Source of the DNA: an uncultured delta proteobacterium
Lineage (GTDB): Bacteria; Myxococcota_A; Polyangia; Polyangiales; Polyangiaceae
DNA length: 64,000 bases
Reading direction: 5' to 3'
Assembly: GCA_963850305.1 (NCBI GenBank)
Contig: CAWKKR010000008.1
Location: 1 to 64,000, forward strand
Part shown: in pieces, positions 39,991 through 50,385 of the stretch
How positions within the stretch are numbered: position 1 is the first letter of the stretch
Layout: each line of letters begins with the position of its first letter
Notes under the pieces: model-generated
Told to the model about the DNA's origin: nothing
The model's database searches: none
The model's input: the letters and a program-made list of their open reading frames with translations, nothing else
Translations under genes and position numbers: made by a program

Positions 39991-41865
39991 TCACTGTCGC
40001 ACCGGCGTGGCCGGCACGAGCCCCGAGGACCGTCCGGCAAGCACGCGGCGGAGTGCGGCGACCTGGGCCGACTGATCTCGCGGAAGAGTACGCCCCTCGA
40101 TGCGAGCGAGCGCAGCCTGAGCACCGTCAGCGTCCGCGGCGCCGACGAGCCACGTCGCGGCCGCGACGACGAGCGACGTGTCGCGCTCGCCCCCGCACGT
40201 GAATGCCTGCCCGAGCGCGGCCGCGGCTGCCGTCAGGTTCCCCGCACGACGCGCCGTCTCCCCGCGCGCGATGAACGTCCCGCAATCGACGGCCGGAGAC
40301 AGAGTTTCGGTCTTCCGATGGGCGTCCAGGATGCCGAGGAGTCGCTCGATGTCGGCCTGGTTCCGCCAATCGGCGGGCGGATGATCCGAGAGCCACCTTG
40401 CGACGGGCCGTGCCTCCGCGAAGCGCTGGCTCGCGACGAGCGCGCGGAGTAGCTCGACGGCGAGTTCGGGGCGCGCGCCGCAGACCGCCAAGGCATCACG
40501 GACGAGATCCGGCGTCGCGACGCGATCGCCCATGAGCGACGAGCGCGCCACCTTGCGCTGCTTGTACCGGCACCGGTCCTCCGGAGTCCGGTATTCTGGC
40601 GCCACGGCCAGGTAGAAGACACGATCTTCGTTGCCGAGCATCGCGAGCTCCGTCGCGAAGTCGGCACGGGCCGGCGTCGAGTTCGCCAGCATGACGAACG
40701 CCCACCCCGCGGCCGCGGCGCCCACGGCCCGCTCCGCCTTCGGTCCGAACTGTCGTCCGAGGTGGAGCCAGAGGAGCGTCGCCGGCGCGAGGGCGTGCAT
40801 GAGCCAGCGATCCGCGAAGGAGTACTTCGCGTGCTCCGTGGGCACGAAGATGTCCTTCGTGAGGAGCACGGGCGCGAGGGCGAAGAGCGTCCAGGCGAGC
40901 AACGTGAGCGCGTCCGCGTCGCGACGGCGGAAGCTCCTGACGGCGACCACCGACGCGACGGCGGACACGACGAGTGCCCGGAACAGGAAAGCCGAGCTCT
41001 CTGCCTCGGCGACGGAGACGTCGCGCACGGTCGACGAGAACGCAAAGGGCCACGTGTTGGTGAGATAAAGCGAGATGCCGTCGACGATCCGGAGCGGGTC
41101 GAGCGAGAGCAAGCCCGCGGGCATGCCTGACGCGGACAGCACGGCCTTTCGCGCGAACCAGTACGCCGCGACGACGAGCGCCGCCGGGAGAACGGGCAGG
41201 AACGCGCGCCAGCGGTCGCGGCGAAACCCGCCCTCGGCGAGCACCCGCACGACCAGCAGCGCCGGCAGGAACGCCGCCTGCTCCTTGCTGCCGACGGCGA
41301 GCGCCGTCGCGACGACATGGAGTGCCGCCCAGCCGGCGCGCTTCGTTCGTCGCCACCCGAACCACGCGATGACGGCTCCGACCACCGACGTGGCCGCAAC
41401 GACGTCGGACCGTGCCATCAGCAGCGTCACCGGTTCGATCGCCACCGGGTGCAGCGCGAACACGAGCCCCGCGACGAGCGCCGTGCCGCGGCCGAAGCCC
41501 ATGCCGCGGGCGAGCACCTGGATCCCGAGTACACCGAGCACGTGCCAGCAAAGCTGCACCAGCAAAAATCCCCCAGCCCAGTCCCCGAACATCAGGTGTT
41601 CGAGCACCCAGCTCCCCTTGGTGACGGGTCGCCAGTAAGGGATCTGGTTGCCGGAGGACGACCAGAAGTAGTCGTGAGTGAGATTGGGGACGAGCTGGTG
41701 GAGGCCGCGGATGTACTCGTTGTCGAGGATCAGGAACCGCGCGTCGGCGACGAAGTCGAACGTCGTCACGCTCCGGTAGGCGATGACCGCCGCGAGCGGC
41801 GCGACGAGCCACCAAAGCGCCTCGAGCCGCTCCGGAGTTCTGGGCTGGGCCCCGAGCTCGGTCAT
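39991..41865 (-). CDS. TMTC-like GT-C membrane glycosyltransferase with helical/TPR-like C-terminus
   Basis: FDFVADARFLILDN, YWRPV, FALHPVAIEPV...RSD, SKEQA and ADRWL parallel the TMTC/DUF1736 motifs (DD, YRP, HPxxxEAV, SKE, AERYLY). Confidence 0.75.
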   Translation of the reverse strand: MTELGAQPRTPERLEALWWLVAPLAAVIAYRSVTTFDFVADARFLILDNEYIRGLHQLVPNLTHDYFWSSSGNQIPYWRPVTKGSWVLEHLMFGDWAGGFLLVQLCWHVLGVLGIQVLARGMGFGRGTALVAGLVFALHPVAIEPVTLLMARSDVVAATSVVGAVIAWFGWRRTKRAGWAALHVVATALAVGSKEQAAFLPALLVVRVLAEGGFRRDRWRAFLPVLPAALVVAAYWFARKAVLSASGMPAGLLSLDPLRIVDGISLYLTNTWPFAFSSTVRDVSVAEAESSAFLFRALVVSAVASVVAVRSFRRRDADALTLLAWTLFALAPVLLTKDIFVPTEHAKYSFADRWLMHALAPATLLWLHLGRQFGPKAERAVGAAAAGWAFVMLANSTPARADFATELAMLGNEDRVFYLAVAPEYRTPEDRCRYKQRKVARSSLMGDRVATPDLVRDALAVCGARPELAVELLRALVASQRFAEARPVARWLSDHPPADWRNQADIERLLGILDAHRKTETLSPAVDCGTFIARGETARRAGNLTAAAAALGQAFTCGGERDTSLVVAAATWLVGAADADGAQAALARIEGRTLPRDQSAQVAALRRVLAGRSSGLVPATPVRQ

Positions 41866-43826
41866 GGGGGCCTCGGATCGCCTGGCGTCGCTGGCGGCAG
41901 ATCGAGTCGCGCCACGGCCGCCCGCGCGCGCGCTTCGAGATCGAGCTCGGGTGGGGCAGCGCCGAGCTCGCGGCGCGCGTCGCGGCGCACGGGTTCTTCG
42001 AGCTCGTCGGGCCGGAGCGCGAGCACTTGCCGGTAAAGACCGCGCGCGGCTTCGCGACGGCCGACGTGGGCGAGCCAGTCCGCGGCGCTCACGGCCCCGA
42101 GCGCGTAGCCGAGCACGGTCGAGGCGTCGTCCGAACGAAGGTCGCCGGGAAGTGCGCCGACGTGATCCACGCCGGCGCTCGCGAGCCGCGCGGTCAGCGT
42201 CGCGGCGTCGCCGACGTCGACGCGCGCGGACCGCTCGACGAGCTCGTGCAGGAGCCCGTGCGGGATCACCGTGAGCGACGCGCCGTCCGGGCCGCCGAGG
42301 TACCGCGCGAGATCCACCGACTGCGTCGCGAGGACCGGCCTCGAGCCGACGTGGGTCCGGATCACGGCACGCGTGTAAGCGCTGGCGTCGGCGCTCGGTT
42401 CCCACGCCGGCCAGTGTTCCGATGGGTACCGTTGTTCGAGTTCATCGACATACCAGGAAGTCACGTGACCCGGGCTGAAGACGATGACGTCGGGGCGCGA
42501 GTGCTCGACGGCTTGCAGGTACCAGAGTCCGTGAACAGCGGTGTCGCCCGCGACGATGAGCAAGCCGTTCTCCGGCGTGGACGCAAGCGTGTCCTCCGCG
42601 AGCGTCCGGGCGAGGCTCGCGTCGCGGAGATCGTTCCCGGCGAAGTTCATCGGAAGAAGCACGGCAGACGCCGCGACGAGCAACCACGCGCCCGCACGCG
42701 GCCAGCGCCGGATCACGACGTCGGTGCCGGGCGCGGCGAGGAGCGCGAGCATGAGCGACGCGGGGATGAAGACGACCTCGACGTCGAGGATGCCGTAGGT
42801 CGCGCCGATGGCCACGCACGTGGCAACCATCGTGGCAAGCGCCGCCACGGTGCGACGCCCGCGCGCGTCGGCCAGAGCGTAGCCCCCGGCGATCGCGAGG
42901 AGCCATGCGACGCCGGTCTCGCGCGGGAGCGCGCTGAGGTACGCGGCGACGCGGGACGCCGCGCCGTCGAGCCCCCCGGCGAACCAGTGACGCCCGTACG
43001 GCGCGGCGCGCACGACCGTGAAGAAGCGCTCCCAGTCGTCGGGCTCCCCGACGTCGAGGGCCGGGTGCCGTGCGCTCGCGAGCGGCAGGTACAGGTACGC
43101 GACGCCCGAGAGCGCCGCTCCGAGGGCGGCACGCGGCCACCGCGTACGGTCGACCACACCGCTGGTCGCAGCGATCACGAGCACTGCCGGCAGATAAGCG
43201 ACGTTCAGCGGCCGGTGACCGAGCCAGAGCCCCCCGAGGACGCCGAGGAGCAACGCCTGGCGGCGTTGCGGACCCAGCCCGAGCGCCCCGTGCAGCACGA
43301 GGACGAGGAGCAGACCGTCGAAGGTGTACACCTCCGCCGCGACACACTGCGCCCACCACGTCGCGCCGAGCCCCGCCGAGAGCGCGCCGACCCAGGCGGC
43401 CGTGACGCTCGCGCCGAGGCGCCGTGCGAGGAGCCAGAGCCCGCCCATCGCGAGCGCGCCCCAGCCGGCAGTCACCAGATTCGCCGCGAACGCGGGCCCG
43501 AGCGGGAGCGCGTGCACCGCGACGCCGGTGAGCAGCGTGAAGAGCGGGTAGCCGGGTGGATGCGCGACGCCGAACGTCGCGACGGCCGCGGCGATCTCGG
43601 CCGAGTCCCCGTCGTGGAAGGTGCGGCAGGCGGTCGCGGCATAGACGAGAAAGAGCGCGAGCGTCGCGACCGCGGCGTGCGCGACGTCGCGACGCGAAAG
43701 GCCGGTCGCGCGCGCGGTGACGTCACGACCGTCGCTCGCCGGCAGCGGCGCCGACGGCGCGGCGGCCCGCGCCGGCTGTCCCGCATCGGGCTTCGACTTC
43801 GACGGACGACGTTTCGAGGACGGCAC
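41862..43826 (-). CDS. DUF2723 (TMEM260-like) GT-C membrane glycosyltransferase
   Basis: GDSAEI...GVAHPPGYPLF, WWAQCVAAEVY, YLYLPL, GD...LWYLQAVEHSRPDV; ATGA coupling to the downstream gene; start approximate. Confidence 0.85.
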   Translation of the reverse strand: MPSSKRRPSKSKPDAGQPARAAAPSAPLPASDGRDVTARATGLSRRDVAHAAVATLALFLVYAATACRTFHDGDSAEIAAAVATFGVAHPPGYPLFTLLTGVAVHALPLGPAFAANLVTAGWGALAMGGLWLLARRLGASVTAAWVGALSAGLGATWWAQCVAAEVYTFDGLLLVLVLHGALGLGPQRRQALLLGVLGGLWLGHRPLNVAYLPAVLVIAATSGVVDRTRWPRAALGAALSGVAYLYLPLASARHPALDVGEPDDWERFFTVVRAAPYGRHWFAGGLDGAASRVAAYLSALPRETGVAWLLAIAGGYALADARGRRTVAALATMVATCVAIGATYGILDVEVVFIPASLMLALLAAPGTDVVIRRWPRAGAWLLVAASAVLLPMNFAGNDLRDASLARTLAEDTLASTPENGLLIVAGDTAVHGLWYLQAVEHSRPDVIVFSPGHVTSWYVDELEQRYPSEHWPAWEPSADASAYTRAVIRTHVGSRPVLATQSVDLARYLGGPDGASLTVIPHGLLHELVERSARVDVGDAATLTARLASAGVDHVGALPGDLRSDDASTVLGYALGAVSAADWLAHVGRREAARGLYRQVLALRPDELEEPVRRDARRELGAAPPELDLEARARAAVARLDLPPATPGDPRPP

Positions 43827-43839
43827 GGTGAGGCGCGCG

Positions 43840-45351
43840 TCAGCCGGCCGCGACGCGCCGGCGCAGGAAGAGCGAGCCCACGATGCCGAGGGCGACCGCG
43901 AGGGGGCTCGACCGATCGCCGCGCGCGGCTCGACAGCCGCAGCCACCGGCGTCGTGAGACGCGCTCGGGCCCGCGGGGCTCTTCACGCCGGCCGAGCCCG
44001 AATCCGGGGCCTTCGAGCCCGCGTCCACGACCGAGGTGCCGCCCGCGCCCGGCGTGCCACCGGCGCCCGTGGTCCCGCCCGTGCCGGCATCCGCACCGGC
44101 GAGCACGCACCGGTGCGCGGCGTTGCACGTGTAGCCCGAGGCGGCATCGCAGTCCCCGGGGCCACCGCACTTCTGCTGGCAGGCGCCGGCGACGCACGCG
44201 AAGCCCTTGCAGCTCGTCGTGACTCCGTCGACGGTTTTCGACGACCAGGCGTCGACGCACGTGGTCGTCGCGGGGTTGCACGTGCCGCGACCGCTCGAGG
44301 TGTCGCAGGCGTCGGTGCCCGCGCACTCCAGCTGGGTCGTGCACGACGTGAAGCAAACGGCGTTCGCGGGATCGCAGGTGTACTCGCCGCAGTCGGTCGT
44401 CGCGCCGGGCTTGCAGAGCCCCGTGCCGTCGCAGGTGTCCGCGAGCTTGACCGAGTCGTTCACGCAGGCGGCGGCTGCGCCGCAGGTCGTGGCGCGATCG
44501 GGGTAGTCGCAGCCGTCGCGCGCGCCGCGACAGGTCCCGTAGCAGGCCGTGCCGATGCCCGCGCAGTCCTGTCGGAAATCCGGACCGACCCCAGGAACCG
44601 GCTGGCCCGTAACCTGCGAGCACGTGCCGACCAGGCCGGGAAGATTGCACGCTTCACACTGGCGGTTGCACGCCGTGTCGCAGCACAGGCCGTCGGCGCA
44701 GTGGCCGTTCGCGCAGTCGAGATTGCTGGTGCACGCCGCCTGGCCGGGCAAGCGCGAGACGCAGGCGCCCGCGAGGCAGCGAGCGCCTCTCAGGCAATCG
44801 GTGTCGGCGGTGCAGGGGCTCCGGCACGCGCCCGGCGCGGGCGTCGAGCACGTCGAGCCCGCGTCGGCGGGGCTCGTGAGGGCGCAGACGTTCTCTCCGC
44901 TCCCGCACTGGACGTAGCCGGTCTCGTGGTAGCACCCGCCGCTCCCCGAGCAGATCCAGCCGGTCACGTTGTTCGTGTTGCACAGACACTCGGTATCTGC
45001 GGGATCGTGGCACGGCGTCCCGAGCGGCCAAAGAGCGCACGCCGCCTGCAGGCCGTTGCAACTGCCGGTCTGACCGCAGGTCGTGACGACCGAAGCCGTG
45101 CACTCGTTCCGCGGATCGGTACCGGCGCGGATGGGACCACACGTGCCCGTATTGAGCCCACCCTGTTTGAGACTCGCGACACACGCTTCGCAGGTGCCGT
45201 CGCATGCGCGGTCGCAGCACACGCCGTCCGCGCAGAAGCCGGAGTCGCAGTCGCCGACCGCGGTGCACGGCGTGCCGTCCGGAGCGGCGCGAGCGACGGC
45301 CGCGACGAAGAGCGAAAGGGCGACGACCGCGGCGAGCCAGGCGCGCATCAT
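43840..45351 (-). CDS. Cys-rich repeat surface protein with MYXO-CTERM sorting signal
   Basis: Signal peptide; CxSGFCADGVCCDxAC repeats; Gly/Thr linker; GGCGCR, TM, RRR. Confidence 0.9.
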   Translation of the reverse strand: MMRAWLAAVVALSLFVAAVARAAPDGTPCTAVGDCDSGFCADGVCCDRACDGTCEACVASLKQGGLNTGTCGPIRAGTDPRNECTASVVTTCGQTGSCNGLQAACALWPLGTPCHDPADTECLCNTNNVTGWICSGSGGCYHETGYVQCGSGENVCALTSPADAGSTCSTPAPGACRSPCTADTDCLRGARCLAGACVSRLPGQAACTSNLDCANGHCADGLCCDTACNRQCEACNLPGLVGTCSQVTGQPVPGVGPDFRQDCAGIGTACYGTCRGARDGCDYPDRATTCGAAAACVNDSVKLADTCDGTGLCKPGATTDCGEYTCDPANAVCFTSCTTQLECAGTDACDTSSGRGTCNPATTTCVDAWSSKTVDGVTTSCKGFACVAGACQQKCGGPGDCDAASGYTCNAAHRCVLAGADAGTGGTTGAGGTPGAGGTSVVDAGSKAPDSGSAGVKSPAGPSASHDAGGCGCRAARGDRSSPLAVALGIVGSLFLRRRVAAG

Positions 45352-47538
45352 TCAACCGCCGTCTGTCGCGTGAGCGTCGGCGCAGCAGCGGAAGCCGAGA
45401 TCCGGCTGGATGGCGATGCGTGTGAGCTGGTCCGTCACGGCAGCGCACGCGAGGGCCGAGTCGCTCGACTGGAAACCGCCGCCCCGGGCCGTGCAAGCGC
45501 CCGTGTTCGTATCGAGGATGCAGTAATTCGTCCACTCGGACACGTTGCCGCTCAGGTCGTCGATGGATACGCCGTTCGCGGAGCTCACCACGCAGCTCGT
45601 CTCCGCGCCGACCGGCAAGATGGCGTTGTTTCCGGACGACGCGCCGTTGCACACGGAGGACTCGCAGGCTCCCCCGCAGCTATAGACGTTCTTCGCGTTG
45701 CCCTCGGAGCACGCCTGGTACCAGTCGCTCGTGCTGCCGCTGCTCGTGCCGCCCGCGTCGCGACACAGATCTTTGCCGGCCCAGACGCAGTACGCGAGCG
45801 CGTCGCACCAATCCACGCAGCTCACGGGCTCGTTGCTGCTCGGCGCAGTCGCGCCGTCGCTCGCGGCGAGGCGCTGAGCCGACATGGCACCGCCGTCTTC
45901 CGTGCCCATGAACGCGTACGCGTAGCCGGGGCCAAGCTTCGCTCCGCCTGGGTCTCGGCTGGCGCCGACGAGCGCAGTGGTTCCGTTCGAGGCCACCGAG
46001 GTCCCCAGGGAATCCTGCGCTGCGCCGTCGCTCGCCCGGAGCTCGGCCACCTGCGCCCACTCGCCGGGCGTCGAGGTCGGCGCGAAGACGTACGCGACGC
46101 CCTGGCCGGGATGAGCGCCCACTGCCGCGGAGCTCGCGCCCACGACGACCGTATCGCCGCTGATCGACACCGACGTGCCGAAGGCTGCGTTTGCCGCTCC
46201 GTCGGACGCGACGAGCTCGGCTTGCTGCGTCCATGCCGCGGGTGCCGTCTGCACGAACACGTACACGGCACCCTCACCCACGCCGTGTCCCGGCGCGCCT
46301 ATGACGATCGTCGTTCCGCTGACGGATACGGACGTGCCGAACGCGTCGCTCGCCGCTCCGTCAGTCGCCGCGATCTCCGTCTGCTGCGTCCACGTGGTTC
46401 CGGTCGGAGTGAATACGTACGCCGAGCCCGCGCCGACGTGCGCGCCGAAGGTCCTCCCGGGCGCCGCGACCACGGCGACCGTGTCGCTGACGGACACGGA
46501 CGTGCCGAGCGCGTCGCTCGCCGACCCGTCGGCAGCGACGATTGTTTGAACCGGACCCCACGGGCCCGACCCGGACCTGCTGAACACGTACGCCGCGCCC
46601 TGGGCGAGGTCGGCTCCGCTGGCACCCACGAACGCCTCGGTGCCCGAGGGGGAGATTGACGAGGAGCAGCCCAGATGGTCGCCCGCCTTTCCGCCGCTGG
46701 CCGTCAGCTTCGTCGGTTGACCCCACGTCGTCCCGCTCTCTGCGAACACGTACACGGCACCTTCACCGGCGTTCAAGCTGACGGTGGCCCCCGGTGCACC
46801 GACGAGCGCCGCCGTGCCACTGACCGCGACCGAGCTCCCGAACGCGTCGCCCGCGAGTCCGCCGGCCACCGTCAACGTCTGTTGGTGCGTCCACGCCGTT
46901 CCGCTTTGCGCATACACGTGCGCCGAGCCCTGGCCGGCGTGCACGCCGACAGTCTCGCCGGGCGCACCGACGATCGCCGTTGCTCCGCTCAGTGAAACCG
47001 AAGCGCCGAACCGATCGCTCGTCGCCGTGAGGCCGCCGTCGAGCGCGAGGCCGCCGGGGATGTTCGCGACGCAGCTCGCCGGTGGCACGAACCCCGGATA
47101 GCTGTTCGCGGGCGGCGCGCCCGTGCCCGTATTCCACGCGCAGACGCCGTCTTGCTTCGGCGCGGGCGACACACCCAGGAACTGCTGGTAGTCGGCGACG
47201 GTCACCTCGGTCGAGTCAATCCAGAAGCACGATCCGTCCGGGCGCGCGACCTCCGCCATCTTCGGGCCGTGCTTGCCGGGGTCGGCTTCGTTCGGACAGG
47301 GATTGCTGCTCGTCGTGCCTCCGCTGCCGGACGTGCCGCCGCCGCCCGCTCCGCCCGATTGCCCGCCGCCGCTCGAGGCGCCGCCGTTTGCAGTGCCGCC
47401 TGTCGTCCCCGCGGTGCCGCCGCCGCCGCCCGAAGCGACCGAGCTGCCCGTGAAGCTCTTGAACCCGCCGATGACCTGACACGCGGGCATGACGAGGACG
47501 ACCAGCGCGAGCGCGCCGCCCCTGAGCCGCACCAGCAT
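45352..47538 (-). CDS. Lipoprotein with FGE/SUMF1-like domain interrupted by FG-GAP repeats
   Basis: Lipobox MPAC; FWIDSTEVTVADY; about seven FGxSVSxSG...VGAP repeats; then PVSCVDWCDALAYCVWAGKDLC, DLSGNVSEW, RGG, GFRCC. Confidence 0.85.
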   Translation of the reverse strand: MLVRLRGGALALVVLVMPACQVIGGFKSFTGSSVASGGGGGTAGTTGGTANGGASSGGGQSGGAGGGGTSGSGGTTSSNPCPNEADPGKHGPKMAEVARPDGSCFWIDSTEVTVADYQQFLGVSPAPKQDGVCAWNTGTGAPPANSYPGFVPPASCVANIPGGLALDGGLTATSDRFGASVSLSGATAIVGAPGETVGVHAGQGSAHVYAQSGTAWTHQQTLTVAGGLAGDAFGSSVAVSGTAALVGAPGATVSLNAGEGAVYVFAESGTTWGQPTKLTASGGKAGDHLGCSSSISPSGTEAFVGASGADLAQGAAYVFSRSGSGPWGPVQTIVAADGSASDALGTSVSVSDTVAVVAAPGRTFGAHVGAGSAYVFTPTGTTWTQQTEIAATDGAASDAFGTSVSVSGTTIVIGAPGHGVGEGAVYVFVQTAPAAWTQQAELVASDGAANAAFGTSVSISGDTVVVGASSAAVGAHPGQGVAYVFAPTSTPGEWAQVAELRASDGAAQDSLGTSVASNGTTALVGASRDPGGAKLGPGYAYAFMGTEDGGAMSAQRLAASDGATAPSSNEPVSCVDWCDALAYCVWAGKDLCRDAGGTSSGSTSDWYQACSEGNAKNVYSCGGACESSVCNGASSGNNAILPVGAETSCVVSSANGVSIDDLSGNVSEWTNYCILDTNTGACTARGGGFQSSDSALACAAVTDQLTRIAIQPDLGFRCCADAHATDGG

Positions 47539-47540
47539 AA

Positions 47541-48598
47541 TCAAAACACCCCCGACAACGTGACGCTCGCGTCGTGCGGCCCGAGCTCCGGCGCGAGCGT
47601 CGCGTGCGACGAGTCTTTCTCGGAGTCTTTTCCGCCCGTCACCAGCATCACGACGCCCACGGCGACGCCCACGAGCCCGAGCGACACGCCGACGTTCGCG
47701 ACGTTCGCGCGGGTCTCGGCCTTGCTGTGCGAGGAGAGCGCGTCTTCGCTGCAGTTCGAGTGCGACGGACAGGCCTTGTTCGCGTCGCTGTACGCCGACA
47801 GCGCGAGGATGCCGAACACTCCGCCCGTCACCGCGATCGCCGCGCCCGCGCCGCCGATGACCCACGCGAGCGTGTTGCCGTGGCCCGCTGTTCGGGTCGC
47901 GGGCGGCGGATTCGGCGCGGTGCTCGATGAGGCGGGCGGTGACGGCGCCGGCGTCGCAGGAGCCGCCGACGGGGCCGTCGAAGGGGGCGCGGCAGGGACG
48001 TTCGCGGGCGGTGACGGCGCGGGCTCGAGCGCCGGGATGAGCAGCGTCTGCGAGTCCCCGGACTCTCCGAGAGTCACGTCGAGCGACACGCTTTCGTAGC
48101 CGGGAGCGCTCACAGCGACGACGTGCTTGCCGGGATCCACCGGAATCTTCGACCCGATGCTCTCCGCCTCGAGCACGACCTCGTCGCGCCGGATTCTCAA
48201 TCCCCGCGACCGGAGCCGCGACGCGGATCGTGAGATACGAGAGCCGCCGCTCGAGCTCCGCGGCTCTGCGCTTGGCCTCCGCGATGCGCTCCGTCTTCCC
48301 TTGCGTCTCCGCGAGGCGCGCCGCCGCGAGGTACTCGGCCCACGCCGTCGCGACCTTGCCCTCTTTCTCGTGGCACGCGGCGAGGTTCAGGAGCGTGCCG
48401 CTCGAAGGATTCGAGCCGCTGACTCTCCGCGAGCTTGCCGCACGCGGCTTCGTAGTCGCCCTTGTCGAGCAGCGCCTTGCCCTCGCGGAACAACGACTCC
48501 GCGGCCGCGATGTCCTGCGCGAACGCCGGCCGCGACGCCGTCTCGACCGCGACGGCGAGCGCGAGACCCGAGACAAGCGTCACTGCGCGGCGAATCAT
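47541..48598 (-). CDS. TPR-PEGA protein with C-terminal hydrophobic hairpin (two frameshifts)
   Basis: AESLFREGK...ACGKLAESQRL / GTLLNLAACHEKEGKVATAW / IPVDPGKHVVAVSAPG, split over three ORFs. Confidence 0.85.
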
Positions 48599-48650
48599 GG
48601 TCTCGAAGCGTCTCCCGTAAGCTAGGCCCGTAATGTATTCCGTTCCGCCC

Positions 48651-48890
48651 TTACACTGCACGCCGAATCGCGAGAGCGTGTGAACGCCCGCCCACCCGGC
48701 GCGAGCGCCGCCGAAGTGCGATTGCCGTGAGCGCGCCGAACAGCCCCGCGATTCCACCCGGTGACCCGGATTCCTGCGAGGTGCGACAGCTGCAGCCACC
48801 CGACGCATTCGACGATGCGGTGCCCGCTGTGCCGCCAGTGCCGTTTTTGGGTTGGGCGCCTGCATCGGCGTTGGTCGTCGGCGTGCCCTC
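48651..48890 (-). pseudogene. Orphan MYXO-CTERM C-terminus of a third paralogue
   Basis: TPTTNADAGAQPKNGTGG...GGCSCR, TM, RRR; 48838-48887 is identical to 50561-50610. Confidence 0.8.
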
Positions 48891-49038
48891 TCGTGCGGCC
48901 TCGACCATACGGTCGTCGGTAGGACGCGAGCTCCGCGCTTACCCCCTGGCTGCGGAGAAAATCCAGGGACGCCATGTGCAGTGCGTCGAGCGTTCGCACG
49001 GGGCCGACGCCGCTATAACCAAAGAGTAACGTTGCCCA

Positions 49039-49356
49039 ATGGACCTCGACGGGCTGCCGGGGAGAGATCTGGTGGAGAGAGGCCTGGCCGACACGCTCGA
49101 GGGGCGCTCGACTCCGGAGGCCCTGCTCGTGGCGATCGGGCGCCCGAGGCTCGAAGCACTCGGCCTGAAGGCGATCTGGCCGGGTGCTCCGCTGATCGAT
49201 CCGGAGATTGCGCTCTACGTGCTCCTCGGCAAACTGGGTACCCCGGACCCGTACGCTCGCTACAACGCTCTCTTGCGCGAACTCGTGAGCTTCGTGAGGG
49301 CGCTCGAGCACCGCGTCGAGCGGGAGCGACGAAATGCGCTCGCGGCGCCTCGCTGA
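49039..49356 (+). CDS. Small conserved hypothetical protein
   Basis: Compact helical ORF, EALLVAIGRPRL...YARYNALLRELVSFVRALE. Confidence 0.65.
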   Translation: MDLDGLPGRDLVERGLADTLEGRSTPEALLVAIGRPRLEALGLKAIWPGAPLIDPEIALYVLLGKLGTPDPYARYNALLRELVSFVRALEHRVERERRNALAAPR

Positions 49357-49388
49357 TCCGTCGGCCCCAACCGCCATCCACCGCGGGG

Positions 49389-49545
49389 CTACGACAGCGG
49401 GTCCGCGTACACGTCGGCCACCGGCAGCTCGCACCTGATGGACGCGAGAGGGGCGCTCCCCTCGCGATGCTCCGTGCGCGTCCACGTTCCGTCCGCGCCG
49501 CGGCTCCGGACCTCGATGACGCAGTACTCGTCGTAAGTGATCCTG
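49389..49545 (-). pseudogene. Uma2 endonuclease C-terminal fragment
   Basis: IEVRSRGADGTW...PLASIRCELPVADVY is a typical Uma2 tail. Confidence 0.55.
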
Positions 49546-49597
49546 GGCCTTGCCGACGAGAGCACGCGGTTACGCTAGCACGCCCCGCGTGCCGCTC

Positions 49598-49625
49598 GCC
49601 GGGCGCCCGCGCCCGGCTTCTTTTT
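49598..49625 (+). terminator. Rho-independent terminator-like hairpin
   Basis: gccgggcgc/gcgcccggc stem followed by ttcttttt. Confidence 0.55.
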
Positions 49626-49698
49626 GTCGGTGCGGCCCTCCGGCGACCGAGGGGCGCGCGTCGACGCCTTCCGGAAAGCGCTGTAGTCTTCGCTCTCG

Positions 49699-50280
49699 AT
49701 GGCCGACGCTGCTCGCCGACGCGCGACGTACGAAGACGTGCTTCGGGCACCCGAGCACCTCATCGCAGAGATCATCGACGGCGAGCTGGTGACTCAGCCG
49801 AGGCCAGCCGGGCGACATTCCGCCGTCGCCAGCGCTCTCGGCGAGGAGCTGGGTCCTCCGTTCAAGAGAGGCCGCGGAGGGCCCGGAGGTTGGCTGCTCC
49901 TCTATGAACCAGAGCTCCATCTCGGAAGCGACGTCCTCGTCCCCGATCTGGCCGGATGGCGCCGCGAGCGCCTCCCGTACATCGGCGACGAGGCCTATTT
50001 CACCTTGCCGCCGGACTGGGTCTGCGAGGTCCTGTCGCCCTCGACGGAGAAGCGAGATTGATCGACGAAGCTGTCCATCTACGCGCGCGAGCGGATCCCG
50101 AACGTGTGGCTGGTGAACCCGGTGCAGCGCACCGTCGAAGTCCTGCGCCTCGCATCGGACAAGTGGCTGACCCTCGCCGTGCATCACGACGACCAGCGCG
50201 TACGCCCCGAACCGTTCGACGCCGTCGAGCTCGATCTGGCCGTGCTGTGGGCGGATCTGCAACCGCCCGACCCGGGTTGA
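49699..50280 (+). CDS. Uma2-family endonuclease (frameshift near 50058)
   Basis: AEIIDGEL...PRP...H, EPELHL, VPDLAGWRRER, PDWVCEVLSPST; continues KLSIYARERIPNVWLVNP in a shifted frame. Confidence 0.92.
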
Positions 50281-50385
50281 CGCGGACCCGAGTGTACGCT
50301 CCACGGGCCGCCGCGAAGCTGTGCGGTGAGCAGACCGAGTACGAGGCGAATCGCGTTCAGAGGAAACAGTCGTGTCGACGGCGGG

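Noticed and set aside
45352..48576. 1074-aa ORF as a single protein
   Set aside because: It is an artefactual read-through from the frameshifted PEGA gene into the lipoprotein starting at 47538.
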